Below the pieces are notes generated by a model, which made no database searches, was not told where the DNA came from, and was given only the letters and a program-made list of their open reading frames with translations. A stretch of DNA of 63,578 bases, the filler included, from Streblomastix strix (taxonomy: Eukaryota), in assembly GCA_008636045.1 (NCBI GenBank). It is 3 parts of 3 records of this genome, joined end to end, with 100 filler letters (N's around TTAATTAATTAA, not from the genome) between each part and the next. Parts side by side here need not be neighbours in the genome. Positions count along the whole stretch, not along the records: positions 1 to 21,152 come from SNRW01000394.1; positions 21,253 to 42,379 come from SNRW01000396.1; 1 more part is not named here. The stretch is one strand, 5' to 3'. The first letter of the stretch is position 1. Each line of letters begins with the position of its first letter. Shown here one piece after another: positions 12,913 to 24,419 of this stretch. The position numbers and the translations under genes were made by a program.

Positions 12913-12982
12913 CTTCTATTTTTCTCAATTATTGGCCAGTTTACCAGTTGGCCACAGTTTTTTATAAAAGTTTTATGACTCA
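12913..12982 (-). repeat. Right inverted repeat of the PrimPol-helicase unit
   Basis: Minus strand TGAGTCATAAAACTTTTATAAAAAACTGTGGCCAACTGGTAAACTGGCCAATAATTGAGAAAAATAG, with two TGGCCAA boxes as in the left copy. Confidence 0.9.
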
Positions 12983-13073
12983 GAACATGTCGATAAAACC
13001 TCTGCCTGCGGATCGGAACAGTGAAATCAATAATCGGATTTATTTTACGTGAATAATTAATTACTTTTTTAAC

Positions 13074-13646
13074 ATGATTAAAATGCAGAGTCCAAAAATT
13101 CCAGAAGTAGAACCATAGTTCGAAAAAGAAATTGATCCATTTCAGCAACCCAGTTTCAACAACCCATTTCAGCAACAAGTTATCAGATGTGAAAAGTCAA
13201 CACTGTCGACAAGGCGCAGAAGTTCAATATTTGAAGAAACTTTTACTCCAAACCCTTCAATATGCAGTTAGCTGTTGGATATCATTAGTGAAAATGAGCA
13301 CATGGTTAAAGAATCAGCTCATTTCCTATTATCTGAAAATTAATTGATTCGAGTAGTTGCTCACACTTTTGATGTCCCTGAAAGTTAAATTTAATTGAGT
13401 ATAGAAGATGAAAGATATTGTGGTAGATTCTGCAATGACTTTATTCAAACATTAAATGAGATATTAATAGGGAACGTAAATGTTCTGAAGCTCGATGTTG
13501 AAAAAGTAAATTTATTAAGGGATAGCTATAAAATATGCTTATAAAAAATAAGAATAATTGCAAGTATTTTATATTTGGAGAAATTACTAATAAAATTATT
13601 TGTGCAAGTATCTAAAAGATTAATGATAGTATTAAATAAAATTTGA
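13074..13646 (+). CDS. Intronless hypothetical protein (190 aa) upstream of the fibre-like gene
   Basis: Open ATG-to-TGA frame with TAR=Gln (MIKMQSPKIPEVEPQFEKEIDPFQQPSFNNPFQQQ...). No family recognised. Confidence 0.5.
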
Positions 13647-13696
13647 TGTCATTAATAAATTATTTTTATTTTTATAAAATTGACTGAGATTTTCAT

Positions 13697-15330
13697 ATGC
13701 TTGATGTTATTTTAAATCATAATTAAGTGCTTTATGGTTCAAGTAAGTATAACACTATTGGCTTAATTAACGAAGTAAAAAATATTGAAAATTTAATAAA
13801 TATAATTAATGAAGCTCCAGAACCTTATAATCGTGAAGAAATTGATGAAATGTTAGATAAAAAATTAAATATATCTGACTAAATCGATGTATATACCAAA
13901 TAAGAAGATGATGCTCTGCTGTTGTTGAAGGCAAATAAAACAGAGCTCATTGATGCATACTCGAAGACTGAAGATTATGAATTGTTAGCATTAAAATTAA
14001 ACATTACTGAATAAATTGATGCATATTCAAAGACAGAAGATGATGCCCTACTCGACGACAATTTAAATATTTCTGATTAAATTGATGCATATTCGAAGAC
14101 ATAAGATTATGCTCTGCTGCTATTAAAGGTCGATAAATCAGAGCTCATTGATGCTTACTCGAAGACTAAAGATTATGAATTGTTAGCATTAAAATTAAAC
14201 ACTAGTGATTAAATTGATGCAATTTCGAAGACAGAAGTCGATGCCCTACTCGACGATAAATTAATTATATCTGATTAAATTGATGCATATTCTAAAAAAG
14301 AAGATGATGCTCTGCTGATATTGAAGGTCGATAAAACATAATTGGATATCTATGTTGATTTAACATCAACTCAAACGATAACAGGTCAAAAATAATTCAG
14401 AATAATTAGTGCTTCCAATATATCAAAATAGAATAAAAATGATGCTTAAATTCTTCTCATTGGTGGAGGTGATATGTTAGTAAGTTCATTAGTATCACAG
14501 CCATAACTATATGAAGTACGAGATATTGCTCCTGGCAAATCAAAAGGGTATGTCATTGCAACTACGGATGAAATGAATACTTGGATGGAAGATTAGGAAA
14601 ACATTGCAAAATTAGCGATTGGTGGTAATTTATATATAGTTGAAAACTAAGTCATGGATTATTGGCGGGATGGTACTAGTCTTCGAGCATTAAAAACAGA
14701 ACTGCCAGATATGAGCAATGTCATGACCATTCTTGGAGCTGCTACAGGAGGAAGAAATGCAATAACAGATTTATCATTCAGTGAAAACACACTAATACCT
14801 GCGAAAAATAGTAATTTTGTGTCTACTGGAAATGATAAATCTATTATAGGGATGAAATACATTTAATACAACTATTCACTAAGTCGGAATATCTGTATAA
14901 AATTACGATAATAATTCTGTATTTCTTGCAGGTGGTGGTGTTAAGGCAATATAGGACATAAACGCAAGCGTTGATTTATCAAATTATTACAATAAATCAT
15001 AAACATATTCATAAACTGAAATAGATAAAAAATTAAATCTAAAATTGATCATTTTCGATTAAATTGATGTTTATTCGAAGATATAGGATAATGCTCTGCA
15101 GTTATTGAAGGCTGATAAAACAGAGCTAATCGATGCATACAATAAAACAGAAGTCGATTCTCTATTCGACGATAAATTAAATATATCAGATTAAATTGAT
15201 GCTTATACTAAGACATAGGATGATATGTTGCTGTTGTTAAAGGCTGATAAAACTGAGCTCATTGATGCACATTCGAAAACTGAAGCCGATGCCCTACTCG
15301 ATGATAAAATAAATAAATTTTTGACTAAAT
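13697..15330 (+). pseudogene. Phage/virus fibre-like repeat protein, frameshifted and 3' truncated
   Basis: Many IDAYSKTEDDALLLLKADKTEL / IDAYSKTEVDALLDDKLNISDQ repeats, plus YVDLTSTQTITGQKQF, ILLIGGGDM, VFLAGGGVK and VDLSNYYNKSQTYSQTEID, which are typical tail-fibre repeats. +1 frameshift near 14858. Confidence 0.7.
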
Positions 15331-15399
15331 AAAATTTATTTTAATTTAATTTTTATCAATTTAATAAATATATACTATTAGACTATTATTTTTCCATAA

Positions 15400-16860
15400 T
15401 GTCAAATAAATTTCTATAATTATAATTATTATACATATCGGTATGCGCATTTACAAACAACTTCATGAAGACAGTCTTAATAATCTGATAGTAAATCAGC
15501 AGCATTCTATTTGAAATAGTCATTAGTCCATTTATCTCGAACTATTGTGTTAGATAGAGTCTTGTAACTATCATCAGCACTTGGTCCTGTGTGAGAGTAA
15601 TGATATTCATCTAATGTTTGTTAGTGCTTATAAACTTATTACTTTTTCTAGTATATAGGTCCAAAACTAATATATACCTTGTAAGGTTTAGCTTTTTCTA
15701 ATTCATATACCTAGTCAATTTTTTTCTTGAGTTGCTATAAGTCATAGAAATGATTATAATAATATTAGATTTATTTTTTTTTATTGAATATACCTTTTGA
15801 ATTCATTAATTCATCAGATAATCCTTCGATACTAGCTTCATTTTTCTCCTAGAATTTCTTGTGTGCCTGAGTTAATGTGATATAACAGGCTTATAAGTTT
15901 TATGGTGTGTATATAACGAATACCTTCTATTCGAGTTCTCTATTTTTATTTAATTATTGTGTTTTTGTTATATTTGGTTCATTAAAGTGATCCTTATGTA
16001 ATTTATAATATTCATCATTATGATTTTTCACTCTTTCATTAAATTCTTTAGCACCTAATTTTATGTCTAGGTATTTGAGAATTTTAAATGGTTTTTCAAC
16101 CGTTCTCTTATATCTTGAATTGATGAGTATCTGTTATAACTGTTCATAGAGTTTATGTCTCTTCCATTTGCCCTAAATCACTTTAGCTGCATTTACTGAC
16201 TATTTCATTAGTTATTATGCTAAATACATTCGAAAATGCTGTTGGATTAGTATAGCTGTTTAATTCTATTTCTCCAATTTGTCTTACAATTCTTATATCT
16301 CTTATTGATGTAATTGTTCCTATTAATCTAATTCTTATTAATGTTTCAATTATTGTTCAGCTAATAATTGATTATAATTCTCATTAATTTACTTAGGTAA
16401 TTGAATCTAATCATCTAAATCAAACTCTTCTCTCAATATGTTGTTTATTATTTATAGTGACTTTTGCAATTAATGTATCTAATTAGTGATTAATTGTTTG
16501 GTTTATAGAAACTATTATATACGCTATCTTCAACCACTTTCTTCAAATTTTTATTTGTAATTAGCTCTGTATTTATCAGGATTGAATAGATCATCATCCG
16601 AATTGTCAGTTTAGTTCAAATCATTGATGATATCATCAACATTTTTGACTAATTGTGGTTTATTTCCCTTTAGTGTTCAACAATTGCTATAATTCATTAA
16701 CTTCTTCTTTTATTTGTTGCAATTAAGGTTACTCAACTTATATTAACTATTATTACTACTCATTATCTGTTTCTACCAACTCCGTTGGCTGCATAAATGC
16801 TATTATTGGTTTGATTTATTCATATTATTATTGTTTGTCATTTTTTTCAGCAAAAATTTG
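15400..16860 (-). pseudogene. Decayed intronless Gln-rich ORF with two IQ-like motifs; possibly the N-terminal region of a Polinton-type protein
   Basis: Coiled coil, AILIQQHFRMYLAQ, AAKVIQGKWKRHK and ...IDQVYELEKAKPYKVYISFGPIY.... Several frameshifts; boundaries approximate. Confidence 0.35.
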
Positions 16861-18015
16861 ACTTTTTAAATGCAAAATTTTCAGATGTAATAGTTATGTA
16901 GCCTTAGTAATGTAATCGTTAAAATTCATTAGTTAACATATTTCTTAATTCAACTACAGTATGATTGGGTTGATTTAGAACTTACAATTGATCTAATAAA
17001 TTTTAAATCTAAATTCTACTCATTCTGTACTTCTCCGACACTTTAAGTAAAGGAAAAAAACTCATTTATTTTGAGTTAGATTTTGTTTAGTTCGTTATTT
17101 TTATTTTTTAATAAATGACATAAGAATTGAAGTTGTTATTAATGTAAATCTCATCAATCAAATCAGTTAAAGAAATGCGTTAATTTACAAAAAAGAATAA
17201 GGAAATATTACAAACTGCAAGAGCATTCACATTGAATAAATATATAACGATATTATTATATAAATTTTATTATAAGAATAATCAATTAAAGGTATTTCAT
17301 GTAAAAGAATGTGTAATACGACGTTGTAAGTAAATTGAATTATTGCCATAAGCAGCAAATTGTTTAAGTGATTAATCCGAAAGTACTAACGAAAATTCTG
17401 ATGCCAACTCTGTTGACTGCATAAATGCTAATACTTTGCATTCTGGCTTTTTGAGTAATTGAATAAATCATTTTTATCTATAATATTTTTAATTATTGAT
17501 ATATAAAGTATTCTCACATTTGAAATTATTTGAAAAATTTTAGTAATTTATTTCATATTATTTTAACCCGTAATCCCACAACACTATGCTAATTAATGTA
17601 CATATTTGTAATATATATATTGATATAGACTATTCAAATAAGTAATTGAAATAATTAGTCTATTAGCCAGTGAAGAAATTAATAGATAAAATTGATAAAT
17701 TTTTTTCATAAATTTTGAAAATAAGACATTTATTTTTCAAATAATTTTGAATAATTTTGAAAAATCTTTAAATATTAATTCATATCATTAACACAATACA
17801 TTGATTAATGTGTTCATTTTGTCATAATGTTTAAGGGTATAAATAGCGTGAATAAAACAGTAGTATGTGATAAATAAATATACATAATATTTATGAAATT
17901 GTCACCAGACGTGGATATTATGGTGAATTGGAGGTATTTTCACCAGTCGTGGAGATTATTGGTACGATTAGCGTGGCAGAATTAGTGCTCTCTGGGTCCA
18001 TCCAAATATATTATT

Positions 18016-19489
18016 GTTATTCTTATGATCAACCCGTTTGTTAGTACTTATTCTTGAGGTATAAAGAGATGTCAAGTGACGATTCTGAAAAATCCGACAG
18101 GTAAGCATTTAATGAAAGGAAAGATATAACAGATAAATGTCGATTTATAGTAAGATTTCCTCTGAATTATTAAAGAAAATTAAAACCGGTTAAGGATTTC
18201 GAGAAAGTAGATGATAAGGATGGTATTGACAAAAAAGATGCACGTAGAGATTATGACAGAAATGTCAAAACATCAAAAAGAACGTTATTGGTTTAGTTTA
18301 TTAATTAAAAAATATAATTATTATGAAAAATTGGAAGAGAAAAATGATCTTTAAGAAGTAAATGAAGAAGTAAGATAAAATAGATTAAAAAGGTTTGAAT
18401 TAAAGATGGAAAAAGAGATACAGACAGCAATAGATAAACAAAATGAACTTAACATAACAGAACCAAATCTGCTCAACCCGCCTCGACCATTATTAAAAGC
18501 AATAAGAAAAAAATCTTCAATATAAAATATAAAGAATATTGAAAAAAAACTTTCAATAGATTAAAAGTAGATATAAAACCATAAGAATAGATTAGAAAAT
18601 GAAGTCGAAAAATTAAGAACGGATCCATTATATAAAGATGCATCTATAAATGATATAAAATAAGAAATATTTAAAAGAAGAAAGAACTAAATATAAACTA
18701 ATAAAAGATGAAATGTTAAAAAAATAAGAAAAGGAAAAGAAACATCAGTATAAAAGTGCTGAAGACTAAAAAAAAGAACTTATATAAAAAATATAATAAG
18801 AAGAAGATAAGAAAGCATAAGGTAAGAAGACAGAAGCTAAGAAGACAGAAGCTAAGAAGGAAGACGCTAAGAAGGTTTATATTAAGACGACAGAAGCTAA
18901 GAAGACAAAAGCTAATAAGGAAGAAGCTAAGAAGGAAGACGCTAAGAAGGCTAATGTTAAGAAGGAAGATGCAAAGAAAGCAGAAGGTAAGAGGACAGAA
19001 GTTAAGAAAGCAGAAAGTTATATGACAATAGCTAAGAAAGAAGATGTTAAGAAGACAGAAGCTAAGAAGACAGATGTTAAGAAGGAATATGTTAAGAAAG
19101 AAGAACCTAAAAAGACAGGAGCTAAATCAGCTCCGAAACCAAGAAAGATTGTTTGACATAGAAATCATGATGGGATAAATTATTTTTGCAAATTTCATTA
19201 TTAATTTGATATTATCCATGAAAATTTCATCAAAATAGTTTTGCTAACTTTGAAATTCATATCAAATTTGCAAATCTTACTATAAGCATCAATTAAAATT
19301 GAAAAATAACTAAAATTTTATAGCTACAAATCTGAAGACATTAGAAATTAGCTTGCAAAATTATAAGACTGAAATTTCTGGCATTTTTCTAATGAAGATG
19401 CTAAAATTGATATCAAACTTGAAAAATAACTAAAATTTAATTATTTATTTGCTATATTTTTAATTTTTCTGAAATCCTTTATATACGTC
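18016..19489 (+). repeat. Dispersed direct repeat copy B (long version)
   Basis: Shares both ends with 9066-9859 and holds ~670 bp that copy A lacks. Confidence 0.9.
18069..19156 (+). pseudogene. Lys-rich protein ending in ~20 pentapeptide repeats (KKTEA/KKEDA/KKEDV), frameshifted
   Basis: MSSDDSEKSDRQ... start. A 15-bp tandem unit AAGAAGACAGAAGCT at ~18820-19110 reads KKxEA and ends KKTGAKSAPKPRKIV-TGA. The Arg-rich ORF in the track is the wrong frame. Confidence 0.55.
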
Positions 19490-20545
19490 CTTTCTAAAGT
19501 TATAAATTGCTTTTTTGACTTAGGATCGCCTATTTTACTATTATATTTCAATCATAAATTTACTAAATTATTGAATATATAGTTATTTAGTGTATCATTT
19601 GATAGAAGAGGAAAAATGGAAGATATTTGTATATTATTAGTTTAAAAATAATAGAAATTTTTTTTTTTAATTTTATTAAATTTGTAAAAGTATTAACTTT
19701 ATTTTAATTTAAAATTCATTTTATTTTTATGGATTTTTTGATTTTGATTTAAATTTATTTATAAATATTATATAATACCAAAAGTTTGCAAGGATTATCA
19801 AATTTTTCAATTGCAAATTAATAAAAAATTATTATATAATTAGAATTAATTTGTGATTTATTATTTTTTCAATTTCGGTTCAAAAAACATATAAAAATAA
19901 GTAAAATTAATTTTTTTGATTTATTATTAATAATTAAACAGAATATATATTACATTTTATTTTCATCTTTACTTATCTCATTAATACACATATATTATTT
20001 CTTGATCTTCTATTGATCTTCGTGTAGTGACCTCGGACGGACTTCGTTACCCTCCTGTATATATTTTAAACGTTTATGGCTTTGATCCGGCTATTAAAGC
20101 CCGGGGATTTGGCTACGGAGAACATACTTATATCGAGTTTGGCCGCTTTATCTTCTCTAGGTAACTGCAAAGAATGTTGAATATGCAATAATATATTTTA
20201 ATTGAGTAAGAGAGAGTTTCCTTTGCTAAATTGTTTTTAAATTTTAATTGCGAAAAATTCTTGCAATCAAACAGGACCTTTTTAATAATATTTGATTCGT
20301 TGATATTTGTAGAAATAAATATTACAAACCGAATTGAACTAATGCCCCCAATGCCCCCTTCAGAAACAAGAAGTTGGGCTTATTTGATATTGCATATTTA
20401 TTAGGAAATTAAAACATCATTAGACATTATTTTTGATATCTACCAATTACAAAGTTCATTAATTTTTGTTATCAACTCAAAATCGTAGACCTGCATTTCA
20501 CTTTCAACCAAAGACAAAACATATCAGTTTTTTTTCTCGGCCCCA

Positions 20546-21103
20546 ATGGAGATTTAGAGGGCTTAAGTACTATAGGAGCATGGATTCTAGGTATTATTAT
20601 CAGAATTTTTATCGTTCAATATTTTTTAATAAATATGATCTTCAATTTCTGTTTTTTTAATAAAAACAGGTGCTTAAGACACTCGGTATGCAGTAATAAA
20701 ATTGTTATGATAGATATTAAAATTAATAATTACATTTATATTTTATGAATTATATAGGTAAGGGAACTTATAGCCAGTAAACTTGTTATTTTAGATTTTA
20801 TTACCAAATTTTTTAAATCACTTTTTCTCTGTGACTATCAAGCGTATTTTTGGTCCACAAGGAGGAGTACGGTCTTGTTGCTGCCAAAGTTATGAACGAG
20901 GAAGACTTTGACACGAACGAGTGGCGAGTTGGCTTCCAATTAGCTTAGTTTGTACTTTTTTTTTATTTTAATTAGTGGTAATCGTTGTTTATATATAATT
21001 TTTTGATTTTAGGGATAATTAGAATCCTTTTGTCTTGAAATATTTATCTGCCAATATGTATGGTATTAACACTGTGATTCTGATGGATTACGCTAACCTA
21101 AAA
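20546..21103 (+). CDS. Ser/Thr protein kinase, 5' part (contig ends inside the gene)
   Basis: Spliced: MEIQRAQVLQEHGFQ|VLKTLG|KGTYSH|VFLVHKEEYGLVAAKVMNEEDFDTNEWRVGFQLAQ|DNQNPFVLKY...ILMDYANLK. Gly-loop and VAxK present; intron positions match the kinase at 52580. Confidence 0.85.
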
Positions 21104-21152
21104 GTTTGACAAAGATTTTATTATTATTTAATTCATTTATTCCTTTATTATT

Positions 21153-21252
21153 NNNNNNNNNNNNNNNNNNNNNNNNNNNNNNNNNNNNNNNNNNNNTTAA
21201 TTAATTAANNNNNNNNNNNNNNNNNNNNNNNNNNNNNNNNNNNNNNNNNNNN
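21153..21252. other. Artificial contig-joining linker
   Basis: N44-TTAATTAATTAA-N44; the genes on both sides are truncated. Confidence 0.97.
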
Positions 21253-22153
21253 AAGAGATTTGAAGCTTTGGGTTACTTGCCTGAACATGAGCTTGAGCAC
21301 ATTGAGTAATCTGGGACTCCTTATAGAAGACCTCCCTATACTTTTGTGGCTGATGGATTCCTGGCTGTGGGTGATTCAGCTTGTTTGACTAATCCTTGGA
21401 CTGGGGAGGTTTGATTATTGGATAGATGTTAATAGAATATTGGATAATTATTTTATTTAAGAATTGAATAATTATTTATGAATTTAATATAATTTTATTG
21501 TATAATATTTTTTTATTATATATTTATTTATTATATATTTAAAGGGAGTACCATATGCATGGTTGTTATGCCAAATAGCAGCAGAAGAGTTCGGAAAAGC
21601 GATGAAAGAACCCGGAATCCCAAAGAAAGAGTCTGTCTGGAGTGTGAATGTCAGATACTAAGAATAATAAGGCGCTTTATTCGCCAAGAACTTGGCTATG
21701 CTTCCTGGAGCACTGCAATGCTCACCTTAAGAAAATGACTATGAATTTTCTAAGTCTATAATATTTGAGGATGATTCTGAGAGGGGAAAAGGATGGCTTA
21801 TTGGGAAGTTGCTGCTTGGTTTATTACCTGGAGGTGGACTGTCTTTCAAATGCCTCAAGAAGCTTCTAGATGCGTCATCCATTGGTGAGAAGATTTTCAA
21901 GCATTATATGAAGTACCCGAAAGATCCATAAGGTCTGAAAGTTTGGGTTGAATAAGCTGATTAACTTTGGGCTTAGACGGTTAGTATGGCTACACTTGCA
22001 GAGGAGGATCTTGCATTGATGGATAAGGAATCATAAACTGGTGAGGAATAAGTTAAATCTGGTGAGGAATAAGTTAAATCTGGTGATGAATAAGTTAAAA
22101 CTGATGAGGATTAGGTTAAATCTGGTGAGGAATAGGTTAAAACCGATAGTTGA
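21253..22153 (+). CDS. FAD-dependent oxidoreductase, geranylgeranyl reductase/FixC-like family, 3' part
   Basis: TPYRRPPYTFVADGFLAVGDSACLTNPWTGE|GVPYA matches the GD(A/S)A..NPxxGEG motif. Intron 21409-21544; TGA at 22151-22153. Confidence 0.85.
22034..22146 (+). repeat. Coding 21-bp tandem repeat (QVKSGEE) x5
   Basis: Unit TA(A/G)GTTAAA(T/A)CTG(G/A)TGA(G/T)GA(A/T). TAA and TAG alternate at the same codon position. Confidence 0.9.
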
Positions 22154-22369
22154 ATGTAGTTGAATGTATTTTATAACGTCATATCATGCATATCATTATA
22201 ACGGTAAATTAATACAATTTAATTATTTATTTTTAAATTAATGTATGACATATAAAGCGAATTTTATGACTGAAGTATTCCTATGAAAACTCTTGACTTT
22301 ATAATATCATAATCCAAAATATTATCCTTTGTTCCTTTAACAATCTTCTTCCCTTTACTATATATTCCC

Positions 22370-24419
22370 TCAACTATGCAAATGATCGCTTAGACTTAAT
22401 GCATGCTTTATCATTTCAATAATCATCGGCCATTCTGCATCTGAAGGTAATGTTGGAGCTGGAATTGCATCTTCTGTTGGTCCACCTGTTGGGTTTGAAT
22501 ACCCAATAAAATATTCCCAGATCATAACATCTCTCAGAAGCCATATTCTGAACAATAAACAAATTATAAGAAGAAACATCAAATAAAATAAAAATAAAAA
22601 GAATTCAAACATATTTTATTTGTCCTCGTTTTCTGGTAAAGGGCGTTATTAGACATCCTTAATTTTCATCCAATCACCAGAAACGTGGATTCCGCTAAGG
22701 TCATTCATCATCTCAAACACTTCAACTCTAAAATTATCAGTCACAAAAGTTGGATCAGCAACTGGAGGTGTTTCCCAGAAGTTGATGGATGTTTCTAATA
22801 AAATAAATAATATTAATAAAAATGAAATTAATTTAAATGTTAAGTTTCATCAATAAAAAAGATTAAACCAGATGAAAAAGCCATATCAAAGTCAAGAGGA
22901 GATAAAATCTGTTTATTTTCAGATATTATATCCAGAGGCAAAACAATAAGATTATTCGCATGCGCATTGCAGTGGCACTGGTAGTTCACAAAATCTTGAT
23001 ATGTTCCCCATAGAAATCCTGGAGCTGTGCTGTGAACTGATCTCAATGCACGGCCACATTCAAATCCAAGTCGAGCGAAAAGTTTCACCAGAGCTGAAAT
23101 TTGAGTCTCTGTTCCATGAACATCGATTGTTGGTTCTTTGGGTGAAATATTGTTGATTTCTTGGAGAATTGTTTATGTTGGAGTGAATCCTAACTAAGAC
23201 AAAGGAAGAGTTAGAAAAGAAAGAATAGAAAATAATAAAATAAAGTAAAAATATAAATCATTTATATACTTCAATAAGTACATCATGCGAAATGCCTTAA
23301 ATTTTATCTCCAGCTAATGATCCAATATGTGCAGCAGCATATGGTACCACTTTACTCTTAGGCAACTGATAAGCACGATCGGCTCCCATATTACTGATAG
23401 AAGGAATAGTTTTACTTCCAAAGGCTTTTCTAACTGCTTAAATAACTAAAGAAGCTGAAGAATCACTTATCAATTAATCAGCAAGAATTTCAAGACTACT
23501 CAGAAGATGTGTCTCAAATCTCTTATCTCCAAAAGTCTCCATAATAATGACTGCTTTTTCAATCAGAGGTGCTGGATCATTCTCCAATGGTCCATAAACC
23601 CACACACCAATTGGGATGTTTGCAGGGTGGAGGTCGAGTTTGGATAGTGTGGTGTTTATTTGACTGGGGATAAATGAATAAATAATGTAAAAAAAATAAT
23701 TATTGTTACGGCGAATTGAATTTAAGGGTTTAATGTATAATTAATTGTGGAAATATTAAAAACGATTTCAAATATTATACCTAGTCGCATAAATCTCAGT
23801 AAAAGCTGTATTTGGATATGCTTCAAAGATAATAGAAAAAATTTATTAATAGAATCAAAATCCAAAATTACGATAATATACAAACACCACGAATCTGTCT
23901 TGTTTTAAACTTAGCAGTCGATTCTTCATCTTTAAATATTATACCAGGAAATGCCAATTATCTTCCCGTAAGCCAATTTCCGCAACCTTTTATCCGAATA
24001 AAATTTTAACCATCTTTTGCTGGTGTCAATTCCTTCCCATTTTCTGGTAATGTGCAAATTGTCCATGATGCTTTATCACTTGAATCCTTCTCTTTACACG
24101 ATATAACAGCGCTACGACTCCCACTACGCCATGCATAATCAGCTTTTATTTCAGAGTATGGAGATGCATTGCTTTTCAGTGGCGCTCCAAGTACAAATCC
24201 TGGCGTAGAAACTGATACGGTTGGATAAGTTGCACAGAAAGCTGATATTATGGCAGTTTCTGTCGCATTTGATGCAGGCGAAAGCGGAAAAGTCATTTCA
24301 AGAATTTTCTGGATTTCATGTGGTTTCAACTAGCTTGCTGGTGTTGGTTAATAGACATCTTTGGCTGAGTAGTATTTGCCAAATACTGGAACAACAATAA
24401 CCCTTTCTGAATCAAACAT
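22370..24419 (-). CDS. Atypical kinase-fold protein, SelO/YdiU-like motif order, multi-exon
   Basis: WRSGSRS, FIRIKGCG, RQIRG, METFGDKRFETHL, GFLWGTY...HCNAHANNL and LSPLDFDMAF in a spliced frame. The start (MFDSERV) is tentative. Confidence 0.6.

Larger units (their letters stand above)
10355..12982 (-). mobile_element. 2.6 kb inverted-repeat-bounded unit carrying a single PrimPol-SF3 helicase gene
   Basis: Imperfect ~70 bp inverted repeats at 10355-10424 and 12913-12982 enclose one gene. The stop lies ~13 bp from the left repeat and the start ~100 bp from the right repeat. Confidence 0.6.

Noticed and set aside
13860..15310. Regular ~60 bp repeats as a CRISPR array
   Set aside because: They are in-frame degenerate protein repeats with no unique spacers, and no cas genes are present.
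17900..17965. Two-copy TCACCAGWCGTGGAKATTATTGGT repeat (also 16772-16803 vs 17404-17432)
   Set aside because: Only two degenerate copies each in decayed DNA, with nothing to support a function.
18756..19025. Arg-rich protamine-like ORF from the track
   Set aside because: It is a shifted frame of the KKTEA repeat. The frame shared with copy A and ending KPRKIV-TGA is the Lys/Glu one.
20010..20040. GTGTAGT as the U2 snRNA branch-pairing sequence
   Set aside because: The flanking U2 stem I, stem IIa and Sm site are not recognisable.
21153..21252. TTAATTAATTAA palindrome within N runs (also 42380-42479) as a biological site
   Set aside because: Identical synthetic six-frame-stop linker. The contigs are size-sorted (21152, 21127, 21099 bp), so adjacency across the linkers has no meaning.
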